Positions 11,549-31,663 of a stretch of DNA of 64,000 bases are shown here, in pieces. Origin of the DNA: Parvularia atlantis (taxonomy: Eukaryota). Both the position numbers and the translations under genes were made by a program. The notes beneath the pieces are model-generated. The model was not told the DNA's origin. It saw only the letters and a list, made by a program, of their open reading frames with translations, and searched no databases. The stretch lies in assembly GCA_943704415.1 (NCBI GenBank), contig CALSCO010000090.1, positions 1 to 64,000 of the forward strand, in the 5' to 3' direction. Positions within the stretch are counted from its first letter, which is position 1; every line of letters starts with the position of its first letter.

Positions 11549-13147
11549 ATGGTGACACCGCGTGCCCGACGCGTCGCCGTCCTCGCGCTGATCGCGGCGC
11601 TCGGCGCGCTGCTCGCGCTCGGCACGTTCCGCCTCGGGCTGCGGCGTGGCGAGGCGGCGATGCTGCGGGACGAGCGCGTGCGCGTGGCCTTCCCGAACGT
11701 GGCCGTGGCGTGCGGGCGCCCCGATGGCGGCGAGGACGTGCCCGTGGCGAGCACGCTGCAGCTCGCGACCGACGCCGTCTCGCGCCCCGTGCCGCGCCTC
11801 AACGCGACGCTGCACGTCTTTGGCGCGCGCCTGCTGTGCGATGGCGCGTGGATGGCGCCCTGGGTCACGTCGCACAACCACCCAGCCCCGCCCGGCGCAC
11901 ACGGCCGGCGACAGCTGCAGTTCGCGGCGCTGCTCGAGGACAACGCGGGCTACGTCCACCCGGACTACGTGCAGTACATGCCCAGCCCACGCTCGGCGGC
12001 GCTGCATCTCGAGCTGCTCGTCACCGCGCCCGCCCTGCCCGCCGCGCCCGTGGCCCTGCCGTGCCGCACGACGATCAACCAGGGCATCAACCTGATCACC
12101 TGCCATCTGCCCGCGGGCGTGCGCAACGGGCACTTTGTGTGCGGCGACGATGGCGACGACAGCAGTGGCAGCAGCAACAGCAGCCCGGCCGCCGTTGCAG
12201 ACGTGCTGGGCGACCTGGACGCGCCGCCGATGCTCGTCGACCGTGCGCACGACGTCTACGTGCGCGTGCCCCTGGTCGAGCGCGCGCACCGCCTGCGCAA
12301 CGTGACGCTGTGCGTGGCATTTGCGCGCTCGCTGCCGGCACGGCTCCTGGCCGAGTTTGTGCACTACCACGTGCTGCGCGGCGTCGACCGGTTTGTCGTG
12401 TACGACCGCAACGGCGACGCGCTCGCGTACCTGCACCACCTGGCGCGCGAGCTGGCGGCGGAGGACGTCGAGCTTGAGCCCGTGCTGTGGCCCGGTCTGA
12501 CGGTCAACTTGGACTACGTGCGGCGCAACCGCCACTACTACGACCAGATTGTCGCGCTGAGCCACTGTCACCTGCGCAGCATCGGCCGCACGCGGTGGAC
12601 GGCACAGTGGGACCTGGACGAGTTTTTCTACGCGAGCGGGCGGCGCATGGTGGCCGAGTGGCTCGACGCGTTCCACGACAGCAGCACCGTCTGGCGGCCC
12701 GACTCGTTCGGGCGCGACACTCGCGTTTCGGGCGTGCGCTTCAGCAGGGTTGAGCACGTGCAGGAGACGTACGACCCGCGCCGGCTCATCGCCACGCAGT
12801 TCTCGACCGTGCTCGACAAAATGGAGTGGCCCAAGCTCGCGTTCAAGCCGGACGCGGTCGCGGCGCTCGACGTCCACTACTGGGACCAGCTTGCGCCGTT
12901 CCTGCCGCCGTCGGGCATGACGGACCCGGACGACGCGGCTGTGTGGCACTTTGTCAACCTGTTTGGCGCGCGCGCAGGGCCGGCGAGCGGACGCGCGAGC
13001 GGGGCGCCGACGGAAGCCGTGCGCACGCTGCCGCGCGAGCTGCCGCCCGAGGAGCTGTGGTTCGTTGAGCCGCTGCGTCGACGGCTGGGCGCTGCGACCG
13101 ACGTGGACGGCCGCGCGCTGTTTGAGGACGGTGTCCCCGTCCCGTAA
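11549..13147 (+). CDS. Type II membrane glycosyltransferase, GT92/DUF23-like; intronless
   Basis: N-terminal TM (VAVLALIAALGALLALG); LAEFVHYHVLRGVDRFVVYD; DQIVALSHCHLR; DxD motif WDLDEFF; single uninterrupted ORF. Confidence 0.8.
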   Translation: MVTPRARRVAVLALIAALGALLALGTFRLGLRRGEAAMLRDERVRVAFPNVAVACGRPDGGEDVPVASTLQLATDAVSRPVPRLNATLHVFGARLLCDGAWMAPWVTSHNHPAPPGAHGRRQLQFAALLEDNAGYVHPDYVQYMPSPRSAALHLELLVTAPALPAAPVALPCRTTINQGINLITCHLPAGVRNGHFVCGDDGDDSSGSSNSSPAAVADVLGDLDAPPMLVDRAHDVYVRVPLVERAHRLRNVTLCVAFARSLPARLLAEFVHYHVLRGVDRFVVYDRNGDALAYLHHLARELAAEDVELEPVLWPGLTVNLDYVRRNRHYYDQIVALSHCHLRSIGRTRWTAQWDLDEFFYASGRRMVAEWLDAFHDSSTVWRPDSFGRDTRVSGVRFSRVEHVQETYDPRRLIATQFSTVLDKMEWPKLAFKPDAVAALDVHYWDQLAPFLPPSGMTDPDDAAVWHFVNLFGARAGPASGRASGAPTEAVRTLPRELPPEELWFVEPLRRRLGAATDVDGRALFEDGVPVP

Positions 13148-13219
13148 CGACTCGGACCACATGCTGTACCACTAGCACTCGCACACAATGCACGCGACAA
13201 GGCGCACACACGCGCACGG

Positions 13220-15787
13220 TCACTCTGCCACGCCGTTGACGACGGCCGACGGCGCGTGCTCGGCCTTGTACCCGGCCACGCTGCGGTCGAGCAGGAACGC
13301 CTGCAGCTTCTTCGTCGTGGCCAGGACGAGCCCGAGGAACGGCGGCGAGGGGCGAAGCGGGCGCGTTTTGTACTCGGGGTGGAACTGCGTTGCGACAAAG
13401 TACGGATGACCTGGCGACGCGTGCTCAGCCATCAAGCGTCCTTGGCGCGCCCGCGCGCTCTACGCACCCTCAAGCTCGAGGATCTCCATGCGCTCGGCCT
13501 TCTCGTCGTGGCCGACAAAGTGCAGCCCCTTAGCCTCGAGCTCGGGCAAGTACTGCGTGTTGACCTGTGCGCGCGTGGGCGTGCGTGAGCCCGCGCGTAA
13601 TGCCACGCGTCACGGCGCACCTCGTAGCGGTGCCGATGCCTCTCGCTGACCTTGTCCGCACCGTAGAGCGTCTCTGTGTTGGCGCAATGCACCGTGAGCC
13701 TTCAACTGCAGACGCATGCGCGCGCACAGACGCACTCATCACGCCGTCCTTGACGAAGACGGTCACGCGGCTGCCCAGGCGCATCGTCCCGCCCAGGTGC
13801 GTGGTCGACACTTCGGGCATGTTGATGACGAGCGGGCGCGCGGTCTGCGGGCGGATCTCGGTCGTGTGGGCGTCTGCCACCCGGGGTGGTCAGGCGCAGA
13901 CGCAGGCCAGGTGGCTGCGCACCCTCGTAGCCGAGCAGGTTGCGCGCAAACTCAACCACGGCCACTTGCAGGCCCAAGCAGATGCCCAGGTACGGGATCC
14001 TGCGCTCAGCTCAGTACGGCCGGCGCAGACAGGCCGCCGCGCACTTCTTCTCGCGCGCCCACTTGCACGCGACGACCTTGCCCTCGAACCCGCGCTCGCC
14101 AAACCCACCCGGCACAATGATCCCGCTGCGGGGGCGCCGCCTGTCAGCAACGATGTGCAGGCGGCCCGCCATGGACGCACTGGCTGCTGACGAGCGTTCG
14201 CATCGCGTCGTGGTACTTGCCCGGGTTGCGCTCCTTGAAGCCCTCCTCGAGGTGCTCCGACTCGATCCACTGCGCGCGGCGTGAGCTCCGCCGGCCGCAG
14301 CGAGCGCGCAGGGACGCACGGTGATCTGCAGCTTGCAGTTGCAGTACAGCGCGGCGTGCTCGAGCGATTTGATGATCGACATGTACGAGTCGATTAGCGA
14401 GACGTACTTGCCGACGATGGTGATGTGCACGACGTCGATCGCGCGCTCGTTGCTGCGCGCGCGGGACAGCCGCCTCAGGACCTGTGGTGCTGCACCACAA
14501 CTGTTGTGACCGCACCGCTCCGCCACCATGCGCCACTTGACCAGCAGCGACGACGCCTTGCGGCTGGGCAGCAGCTCGGTGTCGAGCTTGAGGCGCTTGA
14601 CGATCGACGCCAGGAAGCCTGTGTAGGAGCCCCACCCGCTCGAGCCCACCGCTGCAGCACGCGGCCGCAAACGCGCACCCTGCTGCTCCAGGAGCAGCGG
14701 CACGTGGTAGATAGACTTGCAGTCGTGCACGCCGACGACCTGCGGGCGCGCGCGGCGTCTCAGAGCGAACGGCGTAGCGTGTGCCGCGTTCGCACGTTGC
14801 TCGCGTCGACGTGGCAGAACATGGCGATCTTGCTACGCACGTAGTCCTCAATCTCGGCTTGCCCGCGGCACATGATCTGCGCGCGCGCGGTGAGCACGGC
14901 CGCGCTCGCACGCGCAGGCCCGCGCACAAAGTCGGGCGACAGGCCGAGGCCGCGCAGGTCGCGCACGCTGGCCTGCGTCGGCTTGGACTTTTGCTCACCG
15001 CCGCCGACGATGGGCACGAGCGAGACGTGCGCCTGCGCGGCAGTGAGCGCGCACGCAGCGACGGTGGCAACCACGGCGCACGAGGCAAAAGTTCTCGTGG
15101 CCCACGCGAAACTGGAACTGGCGCATGGCCTCGACGAACGGCGCGCTCTCAATGTCGCCGATGGTGCCGCCGAGCTGCGCGACCGTGACGTGAGTGCCGT
15201 GCCGCCGCGCCGCTGTGCGCGCGTACCTCGATGATGCACACGTCCGGCTCGTCCTCCGACCCGTCCACGGGCACGCGCGAGACCTTGTCGATCCAGTCCA
15301 TGATCGCGTCGGTCACGTGCGGGATGACCTGGACGGTGCGCCCGAGGTAGTCGCCGCGGCGCTGTGCGTGTTCGTGTGCGTGCGGTCAGTGGCGCGTTGG
15401 CGGGCGCGTCCGCGGCGGCAGTACCTCCTTCATGATGATGTTGTTGTAGATCTTGCCCGTGGTGATGTTGTTGTTGAACGTGAGCGTGGCGTCGAGGAAG
15501 CGCTCGTAGTTGCCCAGGTCGAGGTCGACCTCGCCGCCGTCGTCGAGCACGAAGACCTCGCCGTGCTCGTGCGGGTTCATGAGCCCGGCGTCGATGTTGA
15601 GGTACGGGTCGATCTGCGTGAGCACGACGAACGTGAGCGCGACGAGCGTGAGGGACGACAGAGAGCGCGCCTTGATGGCCGTGACGCGCAGGCCCAGCGA
15701 CTTGAGCAGCAGCCCGGCCGACGACGCGATGATCCCCTTGCCGATGCCGCTGATGACGCCGCCGGTCACAAGCATGTAGCGGACCAT
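13220..15787 (-). CDS. CTPS: CTP synthase
   Basis: [87 protein letters not shown]. Confidence 0.98.
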
Positions 15788-15931
15788 GGTCGAAGCGCCG
15801 CCGCCGCCGCCGCCGTCCGCCGCCGTCCGCCCTCTGCGCGCCGCCCTCTGCGCGCCGCACAACGACGTGTCAGTCGCTTTTCTGCCGGCGCCGCCCCGGG
15901 CCACGTGGACTGTCTCGAAAGTCGCATTGTC

Positions 15932-17834
15932 ATGGTACCTGTGGTCATCGCGCTGCTGCTCGCCGTCGTTGCGCTCGTCGTCGCGGTGTGGCGGGCGCGG
16001 CACGCGGCGCCTGCCGATGCGCAAGGGGCGGTGCGGCTGCCGCCGGTCGTGCGCGGTGCGCTGCCGTTCCTCGGGCACAGCCTGTACCTCAAGATCGTAT
16101 GTGCGATGCGCTGCGACATCGCGGCCAACATCCGCCCGCGCAGGACCCGCACCGCTTCATCCGCGCGTGCATCGACGCGTATGGCCCCGTCTTCCGCGTG
16201 CTCGTGAGCGGCAGCGAGTTTGTCGTCGTGGCCGACGCCGAGCTCGTGCGCGAGCTGTTCCGGCACGACGCGAGCCTGACCAGCGCCGACGCCCTCGTCA
16301 AGCTCATGGGCGCGCAGCACACACTCGGCAACGAGCGCCCGTTCCACCCGTACCACGGCACGGCGTGCAAGTGCGCGCGGGGCGGCTGCGCGAGCGAGCG
16401 CGATGGGTCCTTGACACGGACCGCAGGATGCAGCTCAACAACCGCCTCAGCACGTTCACGCCCGTGCTCGCGCTCGCCGTCGCCGACGAGGCGCGCCGGC
16501 TGCTGCCACGCGACGAGTGCACGGTCATGGACGTCGTGGGCTTCGCCGAGAACATTATCGCCGCGTGCGGCGCCCGCGCCTTCTTTGGCGAGCGCATCGG
16601 CGACCTGCCCGAGATGCGTCGCACGTTCCGCGAGCTGTACGCGGAGATGGACGCCGTGACGATGATCTACGCACTGTGCGCGTGCTCCGCCCGCCCGCAC
16701 GCTCGCACGCTGAGATGGCCGTCGCAGGCTCGGCGACTGGGCAGCGCGGCTCATGGCCCGGCGGTTCCCGCGGCACGTCGCGCTGCTCGAGCGTGTGCTC
16801 GTGCCGGAGATACGCGAGCGCGTGCGGCAGCACGGGCACGCGCTCGTCACAGCGGTGCAGCACGCAAACGACGACGCCACCGGGCGGCCGCACGACTTTC
16901 TCCAGTTCCTCATCGACACCCCGGACGACGACACCGGCGCGCCGCTGAGAGAGGAGGTGATCGTCAACACGATCGGCTGGGCCATCCTCGGGTACGGGCA
17001 CGCGCGTGCGCACGGCCAGCTTGCGCTGCTCTGACGCCGCGCGTTGTGCCAGGTCTATGTCGACCACGCGCAACGGGTTGTTGCATCTGCTGTATGACAT
17101 CGCGTGCCACCCAGACGTGCAGGCGCGTCTGCACCAGGAGCAGCGGGCCGTGATGGCCGCGCACGGCCCCGAGCTGACACACGCGGTGCGCGGCGCGCGT
17201 GTTACCCCTGCGTGCTCGGCGTGTCGCTCACCGCGCCGCTGCAGGCCCTGACGAGTGTGCCGTACATGGAGATGGTCATGCGCGAGAGCTTCCGCCTGTC
17301 GTTTGCGACAAGCCTGGGCGCGTTTAGGTACACGGTCGACGACGCGCTCACGCTCAGCACCGGCGTGACCATCCCCAAGCACGCGCTGTGCACGATCTCG
17401 CCGTACGCGGTGCACATGGACCCGCGCCTCTTCCCGGACTCGGACGTGTTCCGGCCCGAGCGATACGCGGTGCGCCGGGCGCGCTCGGCGGCGCACCGCA
17501 CTGACAGGCCGCACAGGAGAAGGGCGCGCACCTGATGTCGCAGGGCTGGGCCAACAAGTACATGCTCGCGTTCGGCGGCGGTGTGCACGCGTGCCCCGTG
17601 CGTGGTAGAGAGGCACACTGGCACACGCGCCAATGTTGACGCGCACCGCAGGGGCGCTTCTTCGCGACGCACGAGATCAAGTGCATCGTGTCGCACCTCG
17701 TGCGCGCCTTTGAGCTGCGGCTGCCGAAGGGCCGGACGGCGCGCATCGAGTACACGCTCGGGTCACCGTTTGAGATCTTCCCCGCGCGCGAGGCCACACC
17801 GCTGGTCTTTGTGCGCCGCGCAGGGCCGCAATGA
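15932..17834 (+). CDS. Cytochrome P450 (ER-anchored)
   Basis: N-terminal anchor + PP..LPFLGH; ExxR (ESFR); PER (FRPER); heme motif [14 protein letters not shown]. Confidence 0.93.
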
Positions 17835-17970
17835 TCGGGCGCACACGAGCACACAGAGCGTGCACACACAGAGCCAGCTAGCGCGCACGCGTCCAGACCT
17901 CAGACGAGCAGAGCAGCGCCAAGCACGCGTCCGAGGCTGCACAGTGTCACGTAACTGTTTCATGACGGCT

Positions 17971-18004
17971 TGCCACGTCATCGGGCGGCGGAAGCTTCGA
18001 GAAG
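17971..18004. promoter_or_regulatory. UPRE-like TGCCACGTCA plus perfect heat-shock element GAAgcTTCgaGAA upstream of CDC48
   Basis: TGCCACGTCAT at 17971-17981; nGAAnnTTCnnGAAn at 17990-18004. Confidence 0.6.
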
Positions 18005-18384
18005 GCGGCTGACGCGGCCTGCACTTTCCCGTCGCTTCTGGCTCTGTGTCTTCCGTGCACTTTGCCGTGTGTCCCTCGTGCCGCGTTGCGCGCTGCCCGT
18101 GCCTTGCCCGTGCCGCGCTCGTCGCTGTGTGCCGTGCGCGGCGCGCGGGTCGGCGCGGCGCGTCGGCGCGGCACGAGGCCCTCCTTGCACGCTGATCCTG
18201 CTGTCGTTCGCGCGCACGGGACGAAGACGCGGCGCGTTGCCGCGCGCCGTGGCGGGTGCTGACGTCGTGTGCGCCGTGTGGCTGCTGCTGCCGCGCACCG
18301 GGCGGCCGCGGGGTGGGCCGGCGGCGCGCGGACCACTTTCGCCAGCGTCATGTGGCGCCACGTGGAGGGCAGCCCGTCGGCTGA

Positions 18385-27145
<8,761 letters not shown>

Positions 27146-27203
27146 GTTGGCTTCCGCTCCTATCGCTTTACCTATCTCCCGCTGCACATCGACGCACAGC
27201 GGG

Positions 27204-29311
27204 ATGGACGCCCTGCCAGAGGAGGTGCTCGCGCTCATCCTGCGCTGGCTCGACGCGCGCGCCCTCGGCCGCGTCGCGTGCGTCTCGCGGCGCCTGCGCG
27301 CGGCCGCCGACCAGAGCGATGCGTGGTGCGTGTGGCGCGGGATGCGTGCGCTGCGCCACCCGCCACAGACTCACGACCGACCGATGGGCACCACAAAAAA
27401 ACAGGCGCGAGATGTGGATGCGCCAGCCCGTCGTCCGCATCCGCCCCGCCGACGAGCCCGACGGCTGGCGCGGCGCGTGCCGACGGTGCGGCGGCCGCGG
27501 CGATCGGCCGGGATGCTGACGGGGCCGCCGTCGCCGCGAGCAGCCGTGCCGCCCTCGTGCGCACGAGCCGCGGCGCCATCGCGTTCGTCAGCGACACGCC
27601 CACGAGCGGCCAGCACGGACGCGAGCAGCAGGTCGTCGTGCTCAACACGGCCACGCGCGCGCGCCACGTCCTGTCCGAGCCGAGCCCGCTCGACGAGTTC
27701 CTGCTGCAGGAAGTCTCGTTCAGCAGCTGCGGTGGGCGTGCCGCCGCCGGCAATCGCTCAACGTGCGCTCACGACGCGGGCCCGCAGGCCTGCGCGTCGC
27801 CTACAGCATGAGCAAGCGCCTGGGCACCTACGTGCGTGCGCGTGCGCGTTCGCGGCTGTGGCGGGACGGTCGCTGACGGCGCGCGGGCAGATCATGACGC
27901 ACTTTGTCGACGGCAGCGACGCGATCCAGGTCCGCGTGCCGCGCATGCCGTTCTACTACTCGTGGTCACCCGACTCGCGCTTCCTCACGTGGCTGTCGAG
28001 CAGCGCCGTGGGGCCGATGACGTTTCGGGTGAGCGCACGAGTGTGCACGACTGTGCGCTCGGCCTCGTGTCTCATGTGCGCCTGCCGCCAGTTCATCGAC
28101 CTGCTCGACGGGGAGACGTGGGAGTGCGGCGGCATTGAGATCCACAGCGAGCACCCGTGTTTCTACGCGTGGCTGCAGGACTCGCGCCGCATGGTCGTGC
28201 ACTCGCAGAGCAGCTACCTCAGCATCGTCACGCTCACGCCCGACCCGGACGCCACCGCCGCGCGCCCGAGAGCGCTCACGCCTGAGCAGCTCCAGCACAA
28301 GACCCAGGCGCGCTGCGCACGCACGCCGTTGCAGGGGAGAAGGAGGGCCTGACGACGCGCGTGCGGCACAGGTCATGGTGCACCGGCAGCGCGTGCCGCT
28401 GACGATGGGCTTCTTCAGCACGCCGATCGTCGTGCGCGACACGGCACAAGGTGCGCCTAAGGTTGCTGCGCCACTTGGCCGACAGCGCGCGTGCCGGCAG
28501 ACACGGTTGTCGTCCTGCCGATCATGGACGGCAACACGCACGACCAGACCGTGGTGCTGCTGTCGCTGCAGCGCATGGCCGTCCTGCACCGCATCATCCG
28601 CATGCCCGGCGGCGTCTTTGTGCGCATGACGTTCAGCCCTGACGCGACCAAGCTGTGCATGGTCACGGACCTCGGTAGCGTGCACGTCATGCACCTGTAC
28701 GACGCCGAGGGCCGACTCAAGGTGCGCCGTTCGGCCGCGTGCCGTGCGAGCACTGATGAGCCTTCCAGCCCGAGATCTCGATCGCCGCGCTACCCGCACT
28801 GGGCGAGTTCAACTCGGTTCAGGCCGTCTTTTGGAGCCCAGACTCGTCCATGCTGGGTGCGCGTGAGGGTCGCGCGGCTGCCCTGCGACGCGCCTGACGC
28901 CTGTGTGCGCGTCGCCAGTCATGGCCGGGACCGGACTGTCGGTCTGGAACGTCGGTGCGTGCGTGTGTGTGTTCGGGCAGCGTGTGCGATGCTGAGCGCG
29001 CGTGCGCCCGGACAGACACGCGCGAGCGCATCATGAGCGTCGAATGGAGCTCGAGTGGGCGCTCGTTCCACCAGTACCTGAACTTTTACGAGCAGTACCA
29101 GGCCTGTGCGTGCCGCAGCGCACTAAGCGGCTGGTTTGATCACTCACTCACGCGCATGACAGCGAGCACACTCTGGTCGCCCGACTCGCGGCACTTTGTC
29201 TTCTGCAGCAAGCGGCAGGTGTGCCTCTTTACGCCCGCGACGGGCGAGTCCGAGGTGCTCAGCACGGGCGACGGCGCGACCTACTCGCCAAACGCGGGGC
29301 TGAGGGTGTGA
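27204..29311 (+). CDS. F-box protein with TolB/PD40-like beta-propeller
   Basis: F-box MDALPEEVLALILRWLD..ALGRVACVSRR; repeated WSPDS/FSPDA blades (PFYYSWSPDSRFL, LWSPDSRHFVF). Confidence 0.75.
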
Positions 29312-29343
29312 GGCGGCGGCGGCGTGTCGTTTGTCGATATACA

Positions 29344-30307
29344 TCATGTCCACAGGAACGAGTGCACGCGCGCCGGGTCTGCGCCGAGCTGCGCGAGGAG
29401 CTGTTGCGTGCGGGCCATGAACGCGGGCGAGCCGCAGACGAGGATGCTGAGCTGCCCCGCCGGTGCGTCGTTATAGGACGCAGGTGCAACCAGCGCCAGC
29501 AGCTCTGCGTTGAGATGGCGCCCGGTGCTGAACGGGTGCCGCACGGAGCAGCAGCCGGGCGGGGCGTCGTCGAACGGCGCGGCGCTCGAGAAGACCCAGC
29601 GTACGCCGACGTTCCAGAAGTCGCTCAGGTCGTCCAGCAGCGGCTTGATCAGCACGCCGACGCCGAGCGCGAGCGTGCGCACGGCAACGACGAGCTGCAC
29701 GCGCGTCTCGTCGCGCTCGTCGGCCGTGATCGCGCGCAGCAGCGCCAGCATCGGCGCCACGCCCGTGCCCGACGCGATCAGCAGCAGCCGCGGCACCTGC
29801 GGCGCGTTACTGCGGCCCGCCGCAACACGCCTGCGCCTCACCATGTTGCGACGGTACACGAACGGGTTCTGCGGCCCGCGCAGGGCCACCTCGTCGCCGG
29901 GCGCGACGTTCGCGAAGAAGCGGTCGGCTGCACTGCCCTCGACGGTCTGTGTCGGCCGCGGGTCAGGCGCGGCGCCGGGCCGGTGACGCAGCGCGGCCTT
30001 GATGAGGAACTCGACCGCGGGCGCGCCGGGCAGGGAGATGGGCGTGAAGGCGCGCGTCAGATACACGCCCGGTGCGACCTCGAAACTGCGCCGTCGCCCG
30101 GATCAGCGCGCGTCCGCACCGGGGCGATGCCGCGCTCGCACCGCACGAGAAAGTGCTGCCCGGGCCGCCAGCCGTTGAGCCGCGGCGCGATGCCGTGCGC
30201 GTCGTCACTCAGCGGCGCGACGATCATGCGCAGCGCGTGGCCCGAGTGCTGCGCCTCGCGCACGCGGCAGCGCGTCCCGACGTCCATGCGCACGGGCACC
30301 TCGGCCG

Positions 30308-30348
<41 letters not shown>

Positions 30349-30461
30349 GCATCCAGCCGCCCGGCCTGGCGCGCCGCGTGCAGCTCGAGCACGCAGGGGG
30401 TGCAGCCGCTGTGGCAGCACGGCCAGTCGTCGTCGCTGTCCTCTTCGCTGTGGGCGTGCAT
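29344..30461 (-). CDS. CYB5RL: NADH-cytochrome b5 reductase-like protein with N-terminal Oxidored-like Cys motif (start uncertain; alternative ATG 30539)
   Basis: CCHSGCTPCV; RPGQHF; RAFTPIS; IASGTGVAPM; VCGSPAF. Confidence 0.8.
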
Positions 30462-30818
30462 AGAGCACGCGTCCCGTCTCTCTCGCAGCTGGGCAAGGAA
30501 GAACTCGATGCAGGATGTTGCCCGCTGACGACACGCCATGTGACCCTCGTGACCCTCGCCCCGCTGGCCGACCCGCGACGAGCTACAGAAGAAGGCGGAC
30601 GACGAGGAGGAGGAGGAGGAGGAGGAGGAGGGGGAGAGCGGCGCCGCCGCAACCCTCACGTCGGGTCGTCAATCTCGGACGAGTGCCACGCCAGACCGTC
30701 TCGGCATGTCCTACTCGCCCGCTGCCGATCGCGGCCGCCGCACACAGAAGAGAAGCGGCCGTCGGGCAACACTGTGCCGGTCGAATGGAAGCGCAGCTTC
30801 ATCACCAGTCGAACTGTG

Positions 30819-30901
30819 ATGCTGCGGGTTTGCCTCGCGCGCGTCGTGCGCGTCGCGTCTCTGCGCCCCGTGCAGCCCTGGCGCGGCCTGGCCACCGACG
30901 C

Positions 30902-30949
<48 letters not shown>

Positions 30950-31614
30950 CAGCGAGCCGCACGAGCGCAAGCGCTCGATGGCCGCGCGGCTGTGGCGCAC
31001 CGTGCTGCTCAAGGCGCCGCTCGAGAGCCTGTTTGTGCGCCTGGGCGTGCTGGTGCGTGCTTTGGCGCGGCGGCGGCGGCTGCTGCCGCGATGCGCATCT
31101 GACGCGCGGACGGGCGTGACAGGACCAGGACCTCGCGTCGTTCCTCGCGTCGACCGCGGCCGTCACGGCCTACACCCTCGCTGGCCTCACCGCCGCCGGC
31201 ACCTTCGGCATCGACACGAGCCCGCTTCTGGCCGGCGTCGGCGTGACGGGCCTGACGGTCGGCTTCGCGCTGCGCGACATCGCCTCCAACTACCTCTCGG
31301 GCGTGATCCTGCTGCTGACGCGCCCGTTCCGGCCCGGGCAGATCGTGACCGTGGGCGACCCCGGCAAGAAGATGCGCGGCGTGTACCAGCGCATGGACCT
31401 GCGCTACACGTACCTCAAGTCGGACCGCGACGGCGACGACTTTGTCACGACGATCATGGTGCCCAACTCGATCGTCTTCTCGAGCGACATGTGCGTGTGC
31501 CTCGCGCGTGTCGCCCGTGCGTGTGCGCTGAGCGCTAGCCCGCGCCTGCGCAGCACCGTCTCCATGCCAAAGAGCGCGGCCGGGGCGCTGCCGCCACCCA
31601 CCGGCTTGCGGTGA
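30819..31614 (+). CDS. MscS-family mechanosensitive channel, short, probable mitochondrial presequence
   Basis: GIDTSPLLAGVGVTGLTVGFALRDIASNYLSGVILLLTRPFRPGQIV...MDLRYT...VPNS; N-terminus MLRVCLARVVRVASLR. Confidence 0.88.
30905..30947 (+). repeat. CAG microsatellite encoding polyQ (others at ~3068-3118, 30311-30347, 40176-40207, 40488-40510, 48538-48560, 62338-62464)
   Basis: Direct reading of (CAG)n/(CTG)n runs. Confidence 0.9.
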
Positions 31615-31663
31615 TGAGCTGAAATGACGGAGGGTTCTGCGTGCTGCCACAGTGCGGTCTGCA

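Noticed and set aside
11549..17834. GT92 + CTP synthase + P450 as a biosynthetic cluster
   Set aside because: CTP synthase is a housekeeping gene and there is no backbone enzyme; adjacency is explained by gene density
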